64,000 nt of DNA, from contig OZ024757.1 of assembly GCA_964016885.1 (NCBI GenBank), positions 26,784,001 to 26,848,000 of the forward strand, written 5' to 3'. The DNA comes from Eledone cirrhosa (lineage: Eukaryota). A program made the position numbers and the translations under genes. Of the stretch, positions 27,255 through 41,544 are shown piece by piece; the stretch's first letter is position 1, and each line of letters starts with the position of its first letter. The notes below the pieces were generated by a model. That model ran no database searches, was not told where the DNA came from, and saw nothing but the letters and a program-made list of their open reading frames with translations.

Positions 27255-27725
27255 TTATTATTTGAAAAAGTTAATCAAGGCATCACCGAAGAGGTAAATG
27301 CTTGTCTTCAGCCCTTTCAACCGCATCCACCACACAACCTCTTTTGCCATGGTCACCAGGCAGATAAAAACTGCCTGCCCTTCCCAGCTAAAGGAAGCCG
27401 GCGGGGCAATCCTTATGATGGACTCAGCTGACAGCCGGATCCATCCTACATACAACAGCAGGTGTTCGACATAAACCCACAAGTCAGCAATGCTTGGACA
27501 CTGGACAAGTGTGTGCAAGACAGTTTCGTGGCTCTGTGCGCATCTCAGACAGACCTTGCTGACGGCACTTCCATGCATGTAGAGTTTATCTCGAACTGGC
27601 AAATCTCCCCGGTGGCACTGCCAGGCCAGGGATTTCTGGAAGTTGTCCATGGGACCCGGCCTGAAAGTTCCCCTGAAGAGATTGGCTAGAGTGAATGGGC
27701 CTACTCTGAGTATGCGCCTGTAAAT
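27255..27725 (-). mobile_element. L1/Tx1-type LINE C-terminal fragment (zf-RVT-like)
   Basis: ORF encodes LAWQCHRGDLPVRDKL...CLRCAQSHETVLHTLVQCPSIADLW, a C-x2-C...ET..H...C zinc knuckle typical of the L1/Tx1 ORF2 C-terminus. Confidence 0.75.
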
Positions 27726-28234
27726 TGGGGGTGGGAAACTGGGAGAGGGCACTTGCCCTGGAGTTCAGGGTCACCATGGCTTTTTTAATGGGCTTTCTCC
27801 ACGAGTGTCCCTCGGAAGTCTCCCCCTTCTTGGGGGAATTTTCCTTTATTATTGTTTTTTCTTTACACGCAGAAATGCCCATTTGTACTGTCCTGTGCTA
27901 TCCTTAATGTCTACTTTACGTCAACCCTTGTGGTTAATAAAGGAAGCATTATTATTATTATTATGATAAATTCCGACCTCACACGCTTACACCTCTCCAA
28001 GACAATGTCACTGGACCGAGACCTTTGGCGGTACTCAGTAATAGAGAAAACCCGCCTTACCTAAATACAAAGTAAAAAACCTACTACAGTCAGTAGGCAT
28101 CTCTATCAAAACACACCCCCGTCTCACCACCTCCACCCCATCCACACCGCCCCTTTCAATGTAAAGTTATGTTGATCCCACAACATCCAGGCCGAAACAA
28201 ATGAGATCGTGTAGGTGTCACGACAAAAAAAACA

Positions 28235-28690
28235 CACAGTCCACGCTGTAAATGTGGCCGTGTAGGCAACACGGTAAAAACCTCCCAGCCCCACACTGTA
28301 AATGTGGTTGGTGTTAGGAAGGGCATCCAGCTGTAGAAAACCCGCCAGACAGTCCACACTGTAATGTGGCCGTGTAGGCAACACGGTAAAAACCTCCCAG
28401 CCCCACACTGTAAATGTGGTTGGTGTTAGGAAGGGCATCCAGCTGTAGAAAACCCGCCAGACAGTCCACGCTGTAATGTGGCCGTGTAGGCAACACGGTA
28501 AAAACCTCCCAGCCCCACACTGTAAATGTGGTTGGTGTTAGGAAGGGCATCCAGCTGTAGAAAACCCGCCAGACAGTCCACGCTGTAATGTGGCCGTGTA
28601 GGCAACACGGTAAAAACCTCCCAGCCCCACACTGTAAATGTGGTTGGTGTTAGGAAGGGCATCCAGCTGTAGAAAACCCGCCAGACAGTC
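28235..28690. repeat. 112-bp tandem repeat x4 derived from the third SINE family
   Basis: Near-identical units containing GGTTGGTGTTAGGAAGGGCATCC, followed by a single SINE tail. Confidence 0.9.
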
Positions 28691-31600
28691 CTATGCGAGC
28701 AAGACAACCACTCTTGCCACCTCAAGTGGGAAAACCCCCGTCCAAACCCATGCAAGCGTGGAACACGGACGCTAAACCTGATGATGATGATGATGATAAT
28801 CACCATAAAACAATGGGTTATCTACTAGTAGCAACTGAAAGGAACAAACAATGACATTTCAATATATTTAAATATATTTACTGAGACCGATTCTGTGGAG
28901 ACAACAATGGGGTAACTGGCTGAAAAATTAAATACAATAGTTAGACTACTTCATAACAACAAAACTGCTAAGTAGAAGTAAAGTGATGTATGTGACAACT
29001 ATAAATAGAAATGGCTTCTTTCACAAAACCACACATACACACACACACACACATGAGTTGGTTCTTGGTTTGTTAGAGTAGTAACTCAACCTAAAATTAA
29101 TTCATAATGGAAAAAAAAACCAGATGTGTGCCCCAGCATGGCCTCAGGCCAATGACTGAAACCTGTCAAAGAATGAATATATATATATATATATATATAT
29201 CAGTATGAAGGCGGAAAAAAACAGCTACACCATTACTCACCAGAGTACTCGATACTTGGGGTAATAGAGTGGGTCCTGAATTTTTTTATATTACCCAAAC
29301 GGCTGAGCTCGGATCTAGCTGTTGAAACAGCTGGAGCTCAGCCGTCGGGGTCCTTAATTTTTTCACACACACACACACACATATATTTATATATATAATG
29401 TATATATCAACTGTTTATATATTTATATCATCATTTAACTTCCATATTCCATGCTTGCATGAGTTAGACAGGTTGCCATGTCACACGACAAGTCAGGTTT
29501 GGAGACCACATCATGTTATGGATCTGTATTTCGGCTTGGTTTCTATAGTTGGATGCCCTTCCTAATATATATATACACATAATATCATCCTCACTGTTTA
29601 ACATAGATTTTCCATGACTGCATGGGTTAGATGGGTTGTCGTATTATGAGGCTTGACAGATCAGGTGACCATGTCTTTTTCACACAATCTGTTTGTATAT
29701 ATATATGAATGAGGATAGAATCAGTTTGAAACTGGTCAGATCATTATTCAACAGTACTTGATACATGGGATAGTAGAGTATGGTTATATATCAAAGAGTC
29801 AGGACAGTGATGGCTGAGCCCCTGCTGCTCCAATGGCCAGTTCCATATATATATATATATCTGAAAATGTGTGTGTGTATGCTTTAATTCCTTTAAATCT
29901 TCATCAACACTCCTTCACTCCCACACTCATTAACACCCCCCCCCCCCCAGACACATCCAAATCTCTCATATATAGATTCACACATCACAACACAACCTGA
30001 TCTCAGTTTGACAATCGCCACCGCCACCGACGAATGCGAGAAAGTTCTCCAAGAAAGTTAACCAGGAATCTTTAAAATTCTTCCCACTGAAGTTAACAAA
30101 GAACTTACTAGATCTACCAACTTATAATATTATAAAGGTAAATCAAATTATTTAGAACTACAAGTGAAGTCATTCTTTTCCTTTTTTTCAAATATATAAA
30201 TATATATATCCATCTGTAATTCATTAATATTTACATACACAAACACACATTCACATCCATACAATCCATTTCCTATCTCAGCCATGTTGCTATAACAAGA
30301 AGTCTGTTTTCTGACCATAAGACCAAGTGAGTACTCGAAACATATTTGATAATAGTTCATCTGTAGTGAATATACTTTAATGGGTTTACAGTTTAATGAC
30401 AAATTCTGTGCTTCATTGATAATCTCTAAACAAGAATTTTTGTTGAACTGTAGATTATATATATATGATGATGATGATGATATATATATATAAATATATA
30501 TTTTTCCTACTATATCAAGCGTGAAACTAATAAATTTTCTTTTGTTATCTTAGCAATCTTGATTTTCTTTCTAGTGCATTGTATGGTTTTCAAAATTATT
30601 AAAATTTGTGTAATAATATATTTCTTTATTGTACTGTGTCATTAGCTTTATTTCTATTTGCCTTTTGCATATATACACACACACACAATACATTTATATA
30701 TATATATATATATACATACATACATACATACACACACACACATTTATATATATAGATATATCTGCTGGTTTTAATGAAAGGGAGACAAAGTACTCAATAC
30801 CAGAATAGCATATTATAGTTTATTTACGCTGTTTCGATACCCTGTTAGTCTGGAGTTTCCTGATGTGTTGTTGGTTCTTCAGATAGGTGAAGACTAAAAA
30901 CTAGACATATTATATATATATATATACAAACACGTACAATAGAGAGATAAACTATAAATGTTTATGGATGCAGTCCATATGCAAGAATGCCATTTAAGTA
31001 GAATTACCGAGAATCACAATATAAATGTTGTAGTGCACCTGAGCACTGTACACAATAATTTCATCATCATTATTATTATTATAAATTTATATTTAGTCTC
31101 TGACAAGCAAACAAACACTTGAAAATTCCCCATAAACTAGTATTTCATTTTAGTATGATATCAAATGTGAATGAAAAAACCCTTACTTAAATAGAAAATG
31201 TTAACAACAATTATTTTTTCTCCCTCGCATATAAAAAAAAGAAATAAAACCAACTGTAATAGTTTTAAAAAAATCCCAGCAAAATTAATATTTCCTTTTT
31301 ATAAGAAATTTTCTAATTTGATATTAAATCTGAATGAAACATTTACTTAACCCTTTAGCATTTTAACCAGCTGTATCTGGCCAGAATTCTCTCAACTCCT
31401 TCTGTTCAAACTTATGTTAAGGTATTGATCTCAAAATAAATAATATTGAAATCTTGTGAGATAAAATATTTACCCTGAAAATACAATAGTAAATATAGAG
31501 TAATGTAAAATCATCACTGACGTCATCATTTTTTCGTCCACTTTTCCATATTAGCATGGGTTGAATGGGATACCTTTGAAACTAGTTTTATGGCTTGGTG

Positions 31601-31927
31601 CCCTTCTTGATGCTAACCCTTTCAGTTGCCTCATACGGCACTCGGGAGTACACTGTATCTATTCTAAAAACCCAGGATACGTAAAAATGTTTTACAACTA
31701 TTTTTTCCTTCCTCTCTCTCAAACATAAAATAAGAAAATGAACTGCAATAGTTTAAAATACCTCCAAAAACTAGTATTTCATTTTATAAGAAACTTTCTA
31801 GTTTGGTGTTGAATTAGAATGATAGACCCCTACTTAAATGGAAAATGGTAAAAGTACTTTTTTTCCCCTTCTCTCTTGGTGAAACCTCTGGTGTTGGACA
31901 TTCAAGACATTTTGGCAGCATCAAGAT

Positions 31928-31948
31928 TCACTTCAGCTTATCAATGTC
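31928..31948 (-). CDS. GUK1: GUK1 terminal coding exon
   Basis: TTTTACAG| acceptor in phase 0. Encodes DIDKLK*. The core CDS is 582 nt (193 aa). Confidence 0.85.
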   Translation of the reverse strand, partial: DIDKLK

Positions 31949-32416
31949 CTGTAAAATAAAACAAAACATTAACATATTAACAATTAATGCAAAATAATTA
32001 TTTATTTGGAAGATTCTGAAATTGTTCATGACATTGGTAACAGGAAAACAACTAAGTACGTTTGTTAAGAATAACATGTCTGAGTACAACAACAAGTGTT
32101 TTAACCTCTTCAGTGCCGTAGATGAGATAACTCATCCTAACATGTATGCATTCCAGTGTCACGGGCGAGTTAACTCATCCTAACATGCTTGAATTCTTTT
32201 CCAACAGTTCATAACTTCAAAGTTATGAACTCGTTTCCAACAATTCATAACTTCAAAGCTAGATGGGGTTACTAGTTTATTGATGTGACCTTTCTCAATC
32301 ATTCAGATATGAGTTGTTAATAAATGTCTGTTTAAAAAATTAGTCATTTTACTGAAAAAAAAAAAAAACAGGTACAGAGGCTGACAGTACGTTGAAGGTG
32401 AGCTCTGTTACCTTAC

Positions 32417-32502
32417 CTCCTGAAGTATTTCTTTTAACTTTTCATAAGCTTCATCACATTTGTCATTTACAATAATATGGTCGTAGACATTCGGCTCCTT
32501 GG
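32417..32502 (-). CDS. GUK1: GUK1 exon
   Basis: CTCTCAG| acceptor and GAG|GTAAGG donor. Encodes SKEPNVYDHIIVNDKCDEAYEKLKEILQE. Confidence 0.93.
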
Positions 32503-32823
32503 CTGAGAGGAGACAGAAAATAAATAAGAAATAATTAGCGCATTATAAACATGATATTATACAGGTGTGATTGTAGGGGAGGGGTAAAAAGAGGCAGGTA
32601 TGGTTGTGAGGCTAATAAAAGAGAACAGAAGAAGTTGGCTGTTAGATTAATGTGGACAGGAAATATATAAATAAAATAAGAAATATTTAGTGCAATATAA
32701 ACAAGACATTATACACTCTAACAAGTAACGTTACTCCAAATACCCTTCGGAGGAACCCCAGTCGCACATACACACAGGCACACACATATACGTCAGTGTG
32801 TTGAAAAATATTCTAGTACTTAC

Positions 32824-32908
32824 AAAATTCTATGGCTTCATTTGCTGTAGCCAACCGTTTCTTCAGAGATTCCTCAGTTTCAGTTTTTCTGCCCCTCAAT
32901 CTCTTTTC
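32824..32908 (-). CDS. GUK1: GUK1 exon (LID domain)
   Basis: GTTACAG| acceptor and |GTAAGT donor. Encodes EKRLRGRKTETEESLKKRLATANEAIEF. Confidence 0.95.
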
Positions 32909-34845
32909 CTGTAACAAATCAAAACAATTTAATCAGTGATTATTGGTATCGTGTACGTGTGTGCGTCAGTGTGTATGAGTTGGTGTGTATGTGTGTGTGA
33001 AGGTATGTGGCTTTGTGGTTAGGGTATTCAGCTCGTGATCATATGGTTGTGAGTTCGATTCCCGGTGACCTGCTGTGTCCTTGAGCAAGACACTTTATTT
33101 CACATTGCTCCAGTTCACTCAGCTGGCAAAAATGAGTTGTATCTGTAATTCAAAGGGCCAGCCTTGTCACATTCTGTGTCAATGCTGAATCTCCCTGAGA
33201 ACTACGTTAAGGGTATGAGCAAGTTGTTCCGTTGATCAAATCAACTGGAACACTCGTCGTCGTAACCGACGGAGTGCCCTCGTGTGTGTGTGTGTGTAGG
33301 TGGGAAGATGTATACATAGATATATCCGTGTTGATGTGTAGTTGTATATATAATAATAATAATGAAATTATTGTGTACAGTGCTCAGGTGCACTACAACT
33401 CATCAAAGGTGCATGTATAGTACATAGAATAATGTACAAATGTCAGGAAAATGAACAGTGTATGAGTCATGATATAATAACAATAACAATAATGAAATAT
33501 TGTGTACAGAGCCCAGGTGCACCGCAACTCATCAAAAAAGTGCATGTACAGTACATAGGGCAATGCACAAACATCAGTAAAATGAACAGTGCACGAGTCA
33601 TGATACACACGTGTGCATGTGTATGGAAAGGGTACATCAGGTGTAGTTTTGGCGTATTTCGGGAAGCATGAGTGTCTTAAAGGATGCAGTGTCTCGGCAG
33701 CTAACAATTGACGCAGGGTGTGAATGTAAATGTGTATAACCATGATTTCTTAAATGTTAAATGACTGAGAGCACAAGGTGCTAGGTTGTCGGAGAGCTAA
33801 CCCTCTAACTACCACCAGTACTTATTGTCTACTGAGTGAACCAGAGATTGTCATGTCTTTGACACGGTTGAAGAGTCCTCCCAACTCTTTGTTTGGCAAG
33901 TTATCTATGGTTGGATGTCCTTCCTATTACTAATCACTTTATAGTAAAAGAGCAAATATATATATATATGAATGTATGTATAGTATATTTGGCAATATTC
34001 CGTATGTTTAATTAAAAACATACGGTATATTGCCAAATTTACTATACATACATTCATGTATACATCGCTATTTCAGAGTACCAATCCTAATATATATATA
34101 TATATATATTCATTAGTTAAGCAAAACAAGACCTCAAATTTCACAAGGAAGACATTATTAAAAGATTGTCAACATAGTTTTAGTTTAATGTAAGGAATGT
34201 AAAGAATAATAATAATTGTTTCTACTTTAGGCACAAGGCCAGCAATTACCCAGTACATTACTGGTACTTTATTTTATCGACCCCGTAAGGATGAAAGGCA
34301 AAGTTAACCTCGGCAGGATTTGAACTCAGATCATAATACTAATAATGTCCGTTTACAATTGTTTTGCTACCCCATATAATGTTTCTGGATCAAATAATTA
34401 TAGATCATTATTGATCTGGTTCAGTTGAAGATAATTAACTTAGGTAAAATTGGAGGAGTTCATCGGAACTTCAAAAGGAATATATATTAAGGTAAAAAAA
34501 GATGGTTACATGAATGTAATGTTCCATATATTGGTATTTCACTATGGTGTCCTGGGTATATCTATTGTCTGCCATAGGCGAGCAATATTCTTCTGTCGAG
34601 GCTGCATTATGTGAGATCTGCCTATGGGTAACAAGTAACATATTGCACATTGAGCACATGCCTTTACGCTTTGGCTTCTAACTAATTCACCAATCTCTCT
34701 TCTCCTCTCCTATCTCCATCTCTCTCTTTAAGATTGCTTACTCTTGAACTGTGTATATATATATAAACAGTGTATCCCCCCAAAAATGTATACAAACTTC
34801 AACTGCATACTAATTATAGTAAGTATATATATTTCTTGGAACACC

Positions 34846-34882
<37 letters not shown>

Positions 34883-34932
34883 CAATGATGATGATGATAT
34901 ATATTTGTTCTTTTACTGTAAAGTGATTAGTA

Positions 34933-34975
<43 letters not shown>

Positions 34976-35197
34976 TACTTATAGTCTGTGGTGTTGAAGC
35001 TGGGGAGACTACTAATCATGGGAGTACTCAATGCAAGGGGAGATGCCCAGTGGGTATAGAAATATGTAAAATGCAGATCGTGGTGACAAGCGGTTTCGGC
35101 TTGCGTGTTCAGCGGTCAGGATTTTACATAACTCTCTCTCTCTCTCTTTATACATATAGATATGACACAAACAAAATAAACACCACAATATACTGAC

Positions 35198-35336
35198 CAG
35201 GTCATCAAGAGATGGTGGTTGTACAAATATATATCTTGCATTCAGATCAGTATTTTTGATACTTTTAACTCCATTGATTTCTACTTCCAGAATACATATC
35301 CGACCTGTTTTTTGGATCTTTTCAACAGCATCTTTA
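35198..35336 (-). CDS. GUK1: GUK1 exon
   Basis: TTCTTCAG| acceptor and CTG|GTCAGT donor. Encodes SKDAVEKIQKTGRICILEVEINGVKSIKNTDLNARYIFVQPPSLDDL. Confidence 0.95.
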
Positions 35337-36367
35337 CTGAAGAAGAAAAAAACCAAACAAGAAAAAGATGTATTTAGCTAGTACAATTGTGAACTGGCAG
35401 AGTCAGTAATAATAATGAAAATTATTGTGTACAGTGCTCAGGTGCACTACAACTCATCAAAGGTGCATGTATAGTACATAGAATGATGTAGAAATGTCAG
35501 GAAAGTGAACAGTGTATGAGTCATGATATACACACAGATACATGTGAGCATGTGTATGGAGCGCGAATATCAGGTGTAGTGTTGCCGAATTTTGAGAAGC
35601 ATGGAATTTTTGAAGGATGCAGTGTCCTGACAGGTAACAACTGATGCAGATAGTTTGTTCCATGCTTCAGCAACTCTGACCATGAAAAAATGTTTCCGAA
35701 AGTCATGGGAGCTGTACTGTTTTCTGATTTTGTAAAAATGTCCATGGGTGTTAGACATATGGAATTCAAAAAGGTGCTCAGGGTTGTGTTGGCAAGAAGG
35801 TTAATGATTTTGTCGGTGTCTATCAAGTCAGTTGCTAGACGTCGGAGCTTTCATGTTTTTTTATTTGGGCTCTCTGCATCAGGAATGGATTAACCATTAA
35901 GCAAAATAAGCAGCCAAAATGGGGTTTCTTTAAAGGGTTTTTGAAGTAACGTTACTCGATAGAGTGCGTAGCTCAGAGATCAGAGAGTCACTCCAGATAG
36001 AGCTGCTACTTCTCTGGGCATGTGGTTAGAATGTCTCAGGAAAAAAATTACTGGACAGATTTTATGGGCAAAACTAACTGGCAGGAGATCCAGAGTTAGA
36101 CCATGAGCAAGATGGTTGGATAACATCCAAGAGCTTGGCTAGTTTTGCTTGGAGGATCCAGCCTGATCAGTTGGAGACGGTTGCTTCTGACAGGACCCAC
36201 TGGAAGGAGTGTTTCAGGACTCTGCCCCACAACCCTCTCAGGAATAAGTGGGTGAAGAAGAAGAAGAATAAGCACATGTGTAGAGCATCAAGGGAAGTGG
36301 GGCAACATTTTATGAAAACCAAATGTATGTGACTTGAAAAACACAATTTTTTTTACCAAGTACTCAC

Positions 36368-36464
36368 CTTGTGCCATAATAATTGCCAGAAAATGAAGCA
36401 TTTTCTAAAAAGATTTTATTCTTTATCATTTTTTCAAATTCGTTATGAGTGATAAAGTGGTAAT
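36368..36464 (-). CDS. GUK1: GUK1 exon (GMP-binding domain)
   Basis: TTTCAG| acceptor and AAG|GTGAGT donor. Encodes DYHFITHNEFEKMIKNKIFLENASFSGNYYGT. Confidence 0.95.
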
Positions 36465-36739
36465 CTGAAAGACATTTGTATAGATTATGTATATATATAT
36501 ATATATATATATATGCGTGTGTGCATATAATAATTATGATGACATATATATGTAAGTGAGATACAGACCTCCCAGCCTGTCTGGGAGGTCTGTAGTCCCC
36601 ACTTCAGTACAACTCGGTCCGTGAAAACCTGTCCAACCCTTGCTAGCAGGGAAAGCAGATGTTTAATGATGTTATTATCCTCTCTCCCACATTCCATACA
36701 CCCTAACACTCCACCCTTCACACCACTCATGCCTCAGCC

Positions 36740-37378
36740 TCTAGTCCATAGTGTAGAGCGGTCGTGTTAGTATCACAACAAAAACCTCCCAGTCCACACT
36801 GTAAAGTGGTCATTATGCTACCATGACAAAAACCTCCCAGCCCACACTGTAAGGTGGTCGTTATGCTACCATGACAAAAACCTCCCAGTCCACACTGTAA
36901 AGTGGTCGTTATGCTACCATGACAAAAACCTCCCAGTCCACACTGTAAAGTGGTCATTATGCTACCATGACAAAAACCTCCCAGCCCACACTGTAAAGTG
37001 GTCGTTATGCTACCATGACAAAAACCTCCCAGTCCACACTGTAAAGTGGTCGTTATGCTACCATGACAAAAACCTCCCAGTCCACACTGTAAAGTGGTCA
37101 TTATGCTACCATGACAAAAACCTCCCAGTCCACACTGTAAAGTGATCGTTACGGTACCACGATGAAAAGCACCCAGTCCACACTGTAAAGTGATCGTTAC
37201 GGTACCACGATGAAAAGCACCCAGTCCACACTGTAAAGTGATCGTTACGGTACCACAATGAAAAGCACCCAGTCCACACTGTAAAGTGATCGTTACGGTA
37301 CCACAATGAAAAGCACCCAGTCCACACTGTAAAGTAGTCATTACTGTACCATGATAAAAAGCACCCAGTATTCACTGT
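36740..37378. repeat. 48-bp minisatellite, about 13 copies in two subtypes
   Basis: CCAGTCCACACTGTAAAGTG units running directly into a SINE tail. Confidence 0.92.
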
Positions 37379-37815
37379 AAATATGGTTGGCATTAGGAAG
37401 GACATCCAGCTGTAGAAACCAAGCCAGAATCAGTTCTGTATGAGCAAGACAAGGTTACCTGACTTGACTTGCTTCAAACGGGACAGCTTGTCAAACCCAT
37501 GCTAGTGTGGAAAAATGGACATTAAACGATGATGATGATGGTGGTGATGGTGACAATACACACACACACACTTATAAACACTTTGACTCTTTCGTTTTAA
37601 TTGAAAGACACTGCTGATAATTTTCAAATCATGCCAACAGGGACAGACAGGTACACCCAACAATGTACTGTCAGGTGTTACTCTTTACGGCCACCTTCCC
37701 TCCCCCACTCAACAAGCAACATATAACCAATCCCCTCCCCCTCCCCTACCTGGCCAAGGACACAACGAGCCACTCAAACTCATTTTCAAAGTCGTAGTGA
37801 AAACCCTTGCCTTAC

Positions 37816-37857
37816 CTTTGCCATCGACTTCGCCAGGTCGTGGATTTCTTGTTGTGT
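37816..37857 (-). CDS. GUK1: GUK1 42-nt exon
   Basis: TTGCAG| acceptor and AAG|GTAAGG donor. Encodes HTTRNPRPGEVDGK, the guanylate kinase signature. Confidence 0.95.
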
Positions 37858-37884
37858 CTGCAATAGGAAAAAGATCAAAAGAAT

Positions 37885-38690
37885 TATATAGGTAGGTTAG
37901 AGAGCTAGATTAGAGAGGTAGGTTATATAGGTAGGTTAGAGAGGTAGATTAGAGAGGTAGGTTATATAGGTAGGTTAGAGAGGTAGGTTAGAGAGGTAGA
38001 TTAGAGAGGTAGATTATATAGGTAGGTTAGAGAGGTAGGTTAGAGAGGTAGGTTAGAGAGGTAGATTAGATAGGTAGGTTAGATAGGTAGGTTAGAGAGT
38101 TAGGTTAGAGAGCTAGATTAGAGAGGTAGGTTATATAGGTAGGTTAGAGAGGTAGGTTAGAGAGCTAGATTAGAGAGGTAGGTTATATAGGTAGGTTAGA
38201 GAGGTAGGTTAGAGAGCTAGATTAGAGAGGTAGGTTATATAGGTAGGTTAGATAGGTAGATTAGAGAGGTAGGTTAGAGAGGTAGATTAGATAGGTAGGT
38301 TAGAGAGTTAGATTAGAGAGGTAGGTTAGAGAGCTAGATTAGAGAGGTAGGTTAGACAGGTAGATTAGAGAAGTAGATTAGAGAGGTAGGTTATATAGAT
38401 AGGTTAAACAGGTGGGTTAGAGAGGTAGGTATATAGGTAGGTTAAAGAGGTAGATTAGAGAGGTAGGTTATATAGGTAGGTTAGAGAAGTAGGTTATACA
38501 GGTAGGTTATATAGGTAGGTTAGAGATGTAGGCTACAGAGGTACATTAGAGAAGTAGGTTATATAGGTAGATTAGAGAGGTAGGTTATATAGATAAGTTA
38601 TATAGGTAGGTGAGACAGGTACATTAGAGAAGTAGGTTATATAGGTAGGCAGGTTTGATGGGTACATTAGAGAGGTACATTAGACAAGTT
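37885..38690. repeat. 13-bp minisatellite (AGAGAGGTAGGTT and variants)
   Basis: About 60 degenerate units in a GUK1 intron. Confidence 0.9.
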
Positions 38691-39044
38691 GAGTTTGACA
38701 GCTAAGACAATTAAGTTAGGTATGAATTAATTACAAGCTTCTCCTTTGACAGTATAACCCACATCATATCGAATCTACAAGATTTTGATGTTATTTATTT
38801 TGAGAACAATACCTTAATATCAGTATGAGCAGCCAATTACAGCCAGTTTGAAGAAAAAGAGGTGAGAGAATTCTGGCTAGAGACGGCCAATTTGAATGCT
38901 AGAGGGTTAACAGAAAATGAGAAATGCACAGCATGCATACCAACATCACTTCTGATATATGTGGACATGTGCAGCCTTCAACACTTCCAGAAAACTCTAC
39001 CAAAATACCTCCTTTTGAGAAATGGCAGTAATTTTCTGTCCAAC

Positions 39045-39089
<45 letters not shown>

Positions 39090-41178
39090 AATTTTAGTAC
39101 AGCATTAACGAAGCTTTAGGTTGCGGCCAAGCTAACGAATGCAAATTCGGAATGTAGCTTTAGCAACTCGATAGGGAATAGTACCCCAGAGTAATAACAA
39201 TACATTTAGACAGCTTTGCAAATCAAATATAGCGATCGGCAGTCCAGCCGCACTGCCATAGCAACGAAAATGGTTGGACTCAGGAAAAGATTTTAGACTG
39301 ACCATGTGTGTGTGAGTGTGTGTATCTGTATCCCAGGTTTTAGAATAGATACATGATATCTGTCGTAAGGGGTGACTTTAGGAAGGGCACCTGGCTATAA
39401 AACTTGCATTTTACATATCACACACACACACACATATATATATATATTGGTCAGCGAAGGGAATAACATGTATGACCGGTAACATGTCAATGGATATTTA
39501 CATCTTGTTTGGATATTTGTCTGAAGAGAACACTTAAGGCAGTTGTTATATAATTGCCTTACGTCTTTGAAATACGTATAACAAAATAAATAGGGATGTA
39601 CAAATGAAATCGTCTTTTTTGTTTATTATATATATATGGAGGCACATGGCTTAGTGGTTAGAGCATTGGCCTTGCAATCGAAAGGTTGTGAGTTCAATTC
39701 TCAGACCGGGTGATGTGTTGTTTCCTTGAGCAAGACACTTTATTTCACATTGCTCCAGTTTACTCAGCTGTAGAAATGAGATGATAGGGACTGGGGTCCC
39801 TATCATACCACTGCAAAGTGGTCGTGGAGGTGCCACGGCAAAAAAAGCACCCAGCACTCACTGTAAATGAGGTTGGTGTTAGGAAGGGCATCCAGCTGTA
39901 GAAATCAAGCCAGAATCAGTTCCCGTCCCACCCTTGCAAGCAGGGAAAAAGCGGACGTAAAATGAAATATATATATCGTTATGCAGTAATACAGATGACC
40001 CGCCTTCCCATGGGCACGGGTTGAAGCTGAAGCATATATATATATATATATGTGTTATGCACCACCTCCACCTCAACCCCACCCTCCCATACATCTCCCA
40101 CGAGGACAGGCTGAAGCATACATCTAGTGAAACCTACAGCCCACACCACACTGTAAAGTGGTCATGCTGGTGACTAGACAAAAAGCGCCCAGAACACACT
40201 ATAAAGTGGTTGTGTTGGTGACACGATAAAAAGCGCCCTGCCCACATTGTAAAGTGGTCATGCTGGTGACATGACAAAAAGGGCCCAGCCCACAACTGTA
40301 AATGCGGTTGGCGTTAGGAAGGGTATCCAGCTGGAGAAGCCAGGCCAAAATCAGTTCTGTATGAGCAAGACATAGTCATCTGACCTGGCATTGTTCACAA
40401 CAGGTCAACTCATCTAACCCATGCTAGCATGGAAACATGAATGTTAAACAATGATATATATATATATCCATTGATTTGAGCAGTTTGTAGCTGTTTAGCT
40501 GCTTTGGTTAGTGCAAGCAACCTTAAGCTATATATCTACAGGGTAGGGCAGTTGAGAGAGTGGGGAAGACTAGGAAATAATACAAGGTAAAGAAGTAGGT
40601 GTGGAGAGAGAGATCAATGCTCACAACATATGGATGGTTTAGTCAAAAAACAAAGCTAAGCTGGCTAGCTGGATTAAATAGATTACATAGATATAGGAAA
40701 TCAATTTCTTTTGACACAGTATGGCAATAAGAAAAGTCAGAAGGAAAGTAGGGAGGGGCTCTTAGCTAAGAACTTCTTTTGTAGTTGTCTTACTAGGAAA
40801 GAGGGGCAACAGTGGTACCCCCAGCCATGCAGAGTTTATTTTAAGGAAATTTTATAACTGCATAAATCTTTGAGGCATGGGCCGTGACCCAGTATTTGAT
40901 ATTCTTTGAATCTGAGAAGCATTTGTAATGGTTATATTTTAACATTTTATGAGTGTTTTATGTTTTTTTAACCCTTTAGTATTTAGATTACTCTATATTT
41001 ACTATTGTATTTTCACTGTAAAAGCTTTACCTCACATAATATCGAATCTATGATATTTTGATATCATTTATTTTGAGAAGAATTCTGGTCGGATATGGCC
41101 GGTTTAAATGCTAAAGGGTTAATCATCAATTAATTACCATATAAGTAGATGTAGTATTTGACAGAAAATGTAAACTTA

Positions 41179-41358
41179 CTGTACAAAATTAGATTTAGAA
41201 CTGTGCAAAATTACATTTAGAACTGTGCAAAATTACATTTACAACTGTACAAAATTACATTTACAACTGTACAAAATTACATTTACAACTGGACAAAATT
41301 ACATTTACAACTGTACAAAATTACATTTACAACTGTACAAAATTAGATTTAAAACTGC
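41179..41358. repeat. 22-bp tandem repeat x8 (ACTGTACAAAATTACATTTACA)
   Basis: Seen directly in the sequence. Confidence 0.9.
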
Positions 41359-41544
41359 AGAAGAGGTCAACTGCATAAGCTGGTAATAGCTGCACTAGCA
41401 GGGAACAAGTGCATGTCAAAATAAACACTATAGCCTGTGATACAAAACTTAGCTGCAGGTATTATAAAGCTACAGTAGAGTAACAAACAGAACATAGCAC
41501 GGAGACATGAATAAAATGTGCTAAGGTATAGTGCTAATACTCAC

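Noticed and set aside
30820-30885. Minus-strand CTGAAGA...GAAAC hammerhead-like words
   Set aside because: Stems I and II do not pair convincingly.
33969-34057. Hairpin with arms of about 40 bp in a TA context
   Set aside because: It is a real inverted repeat but has no ribozyme core or other assignable motif, so it was not called separately.
37885-38690. Telomere-like repeat containing GGTTAG
   Set aside because: The period is 13 bp with no tandem TTAGGG, and it is intronic.
39640-39712. tRNA-like sequence with a TGC anticodon-like loop (also 52974-53045)
   Set aside because: The acceptor stem is poor and the sequence continues into a SINE body. It is a SINE head, not a tRNA gene.
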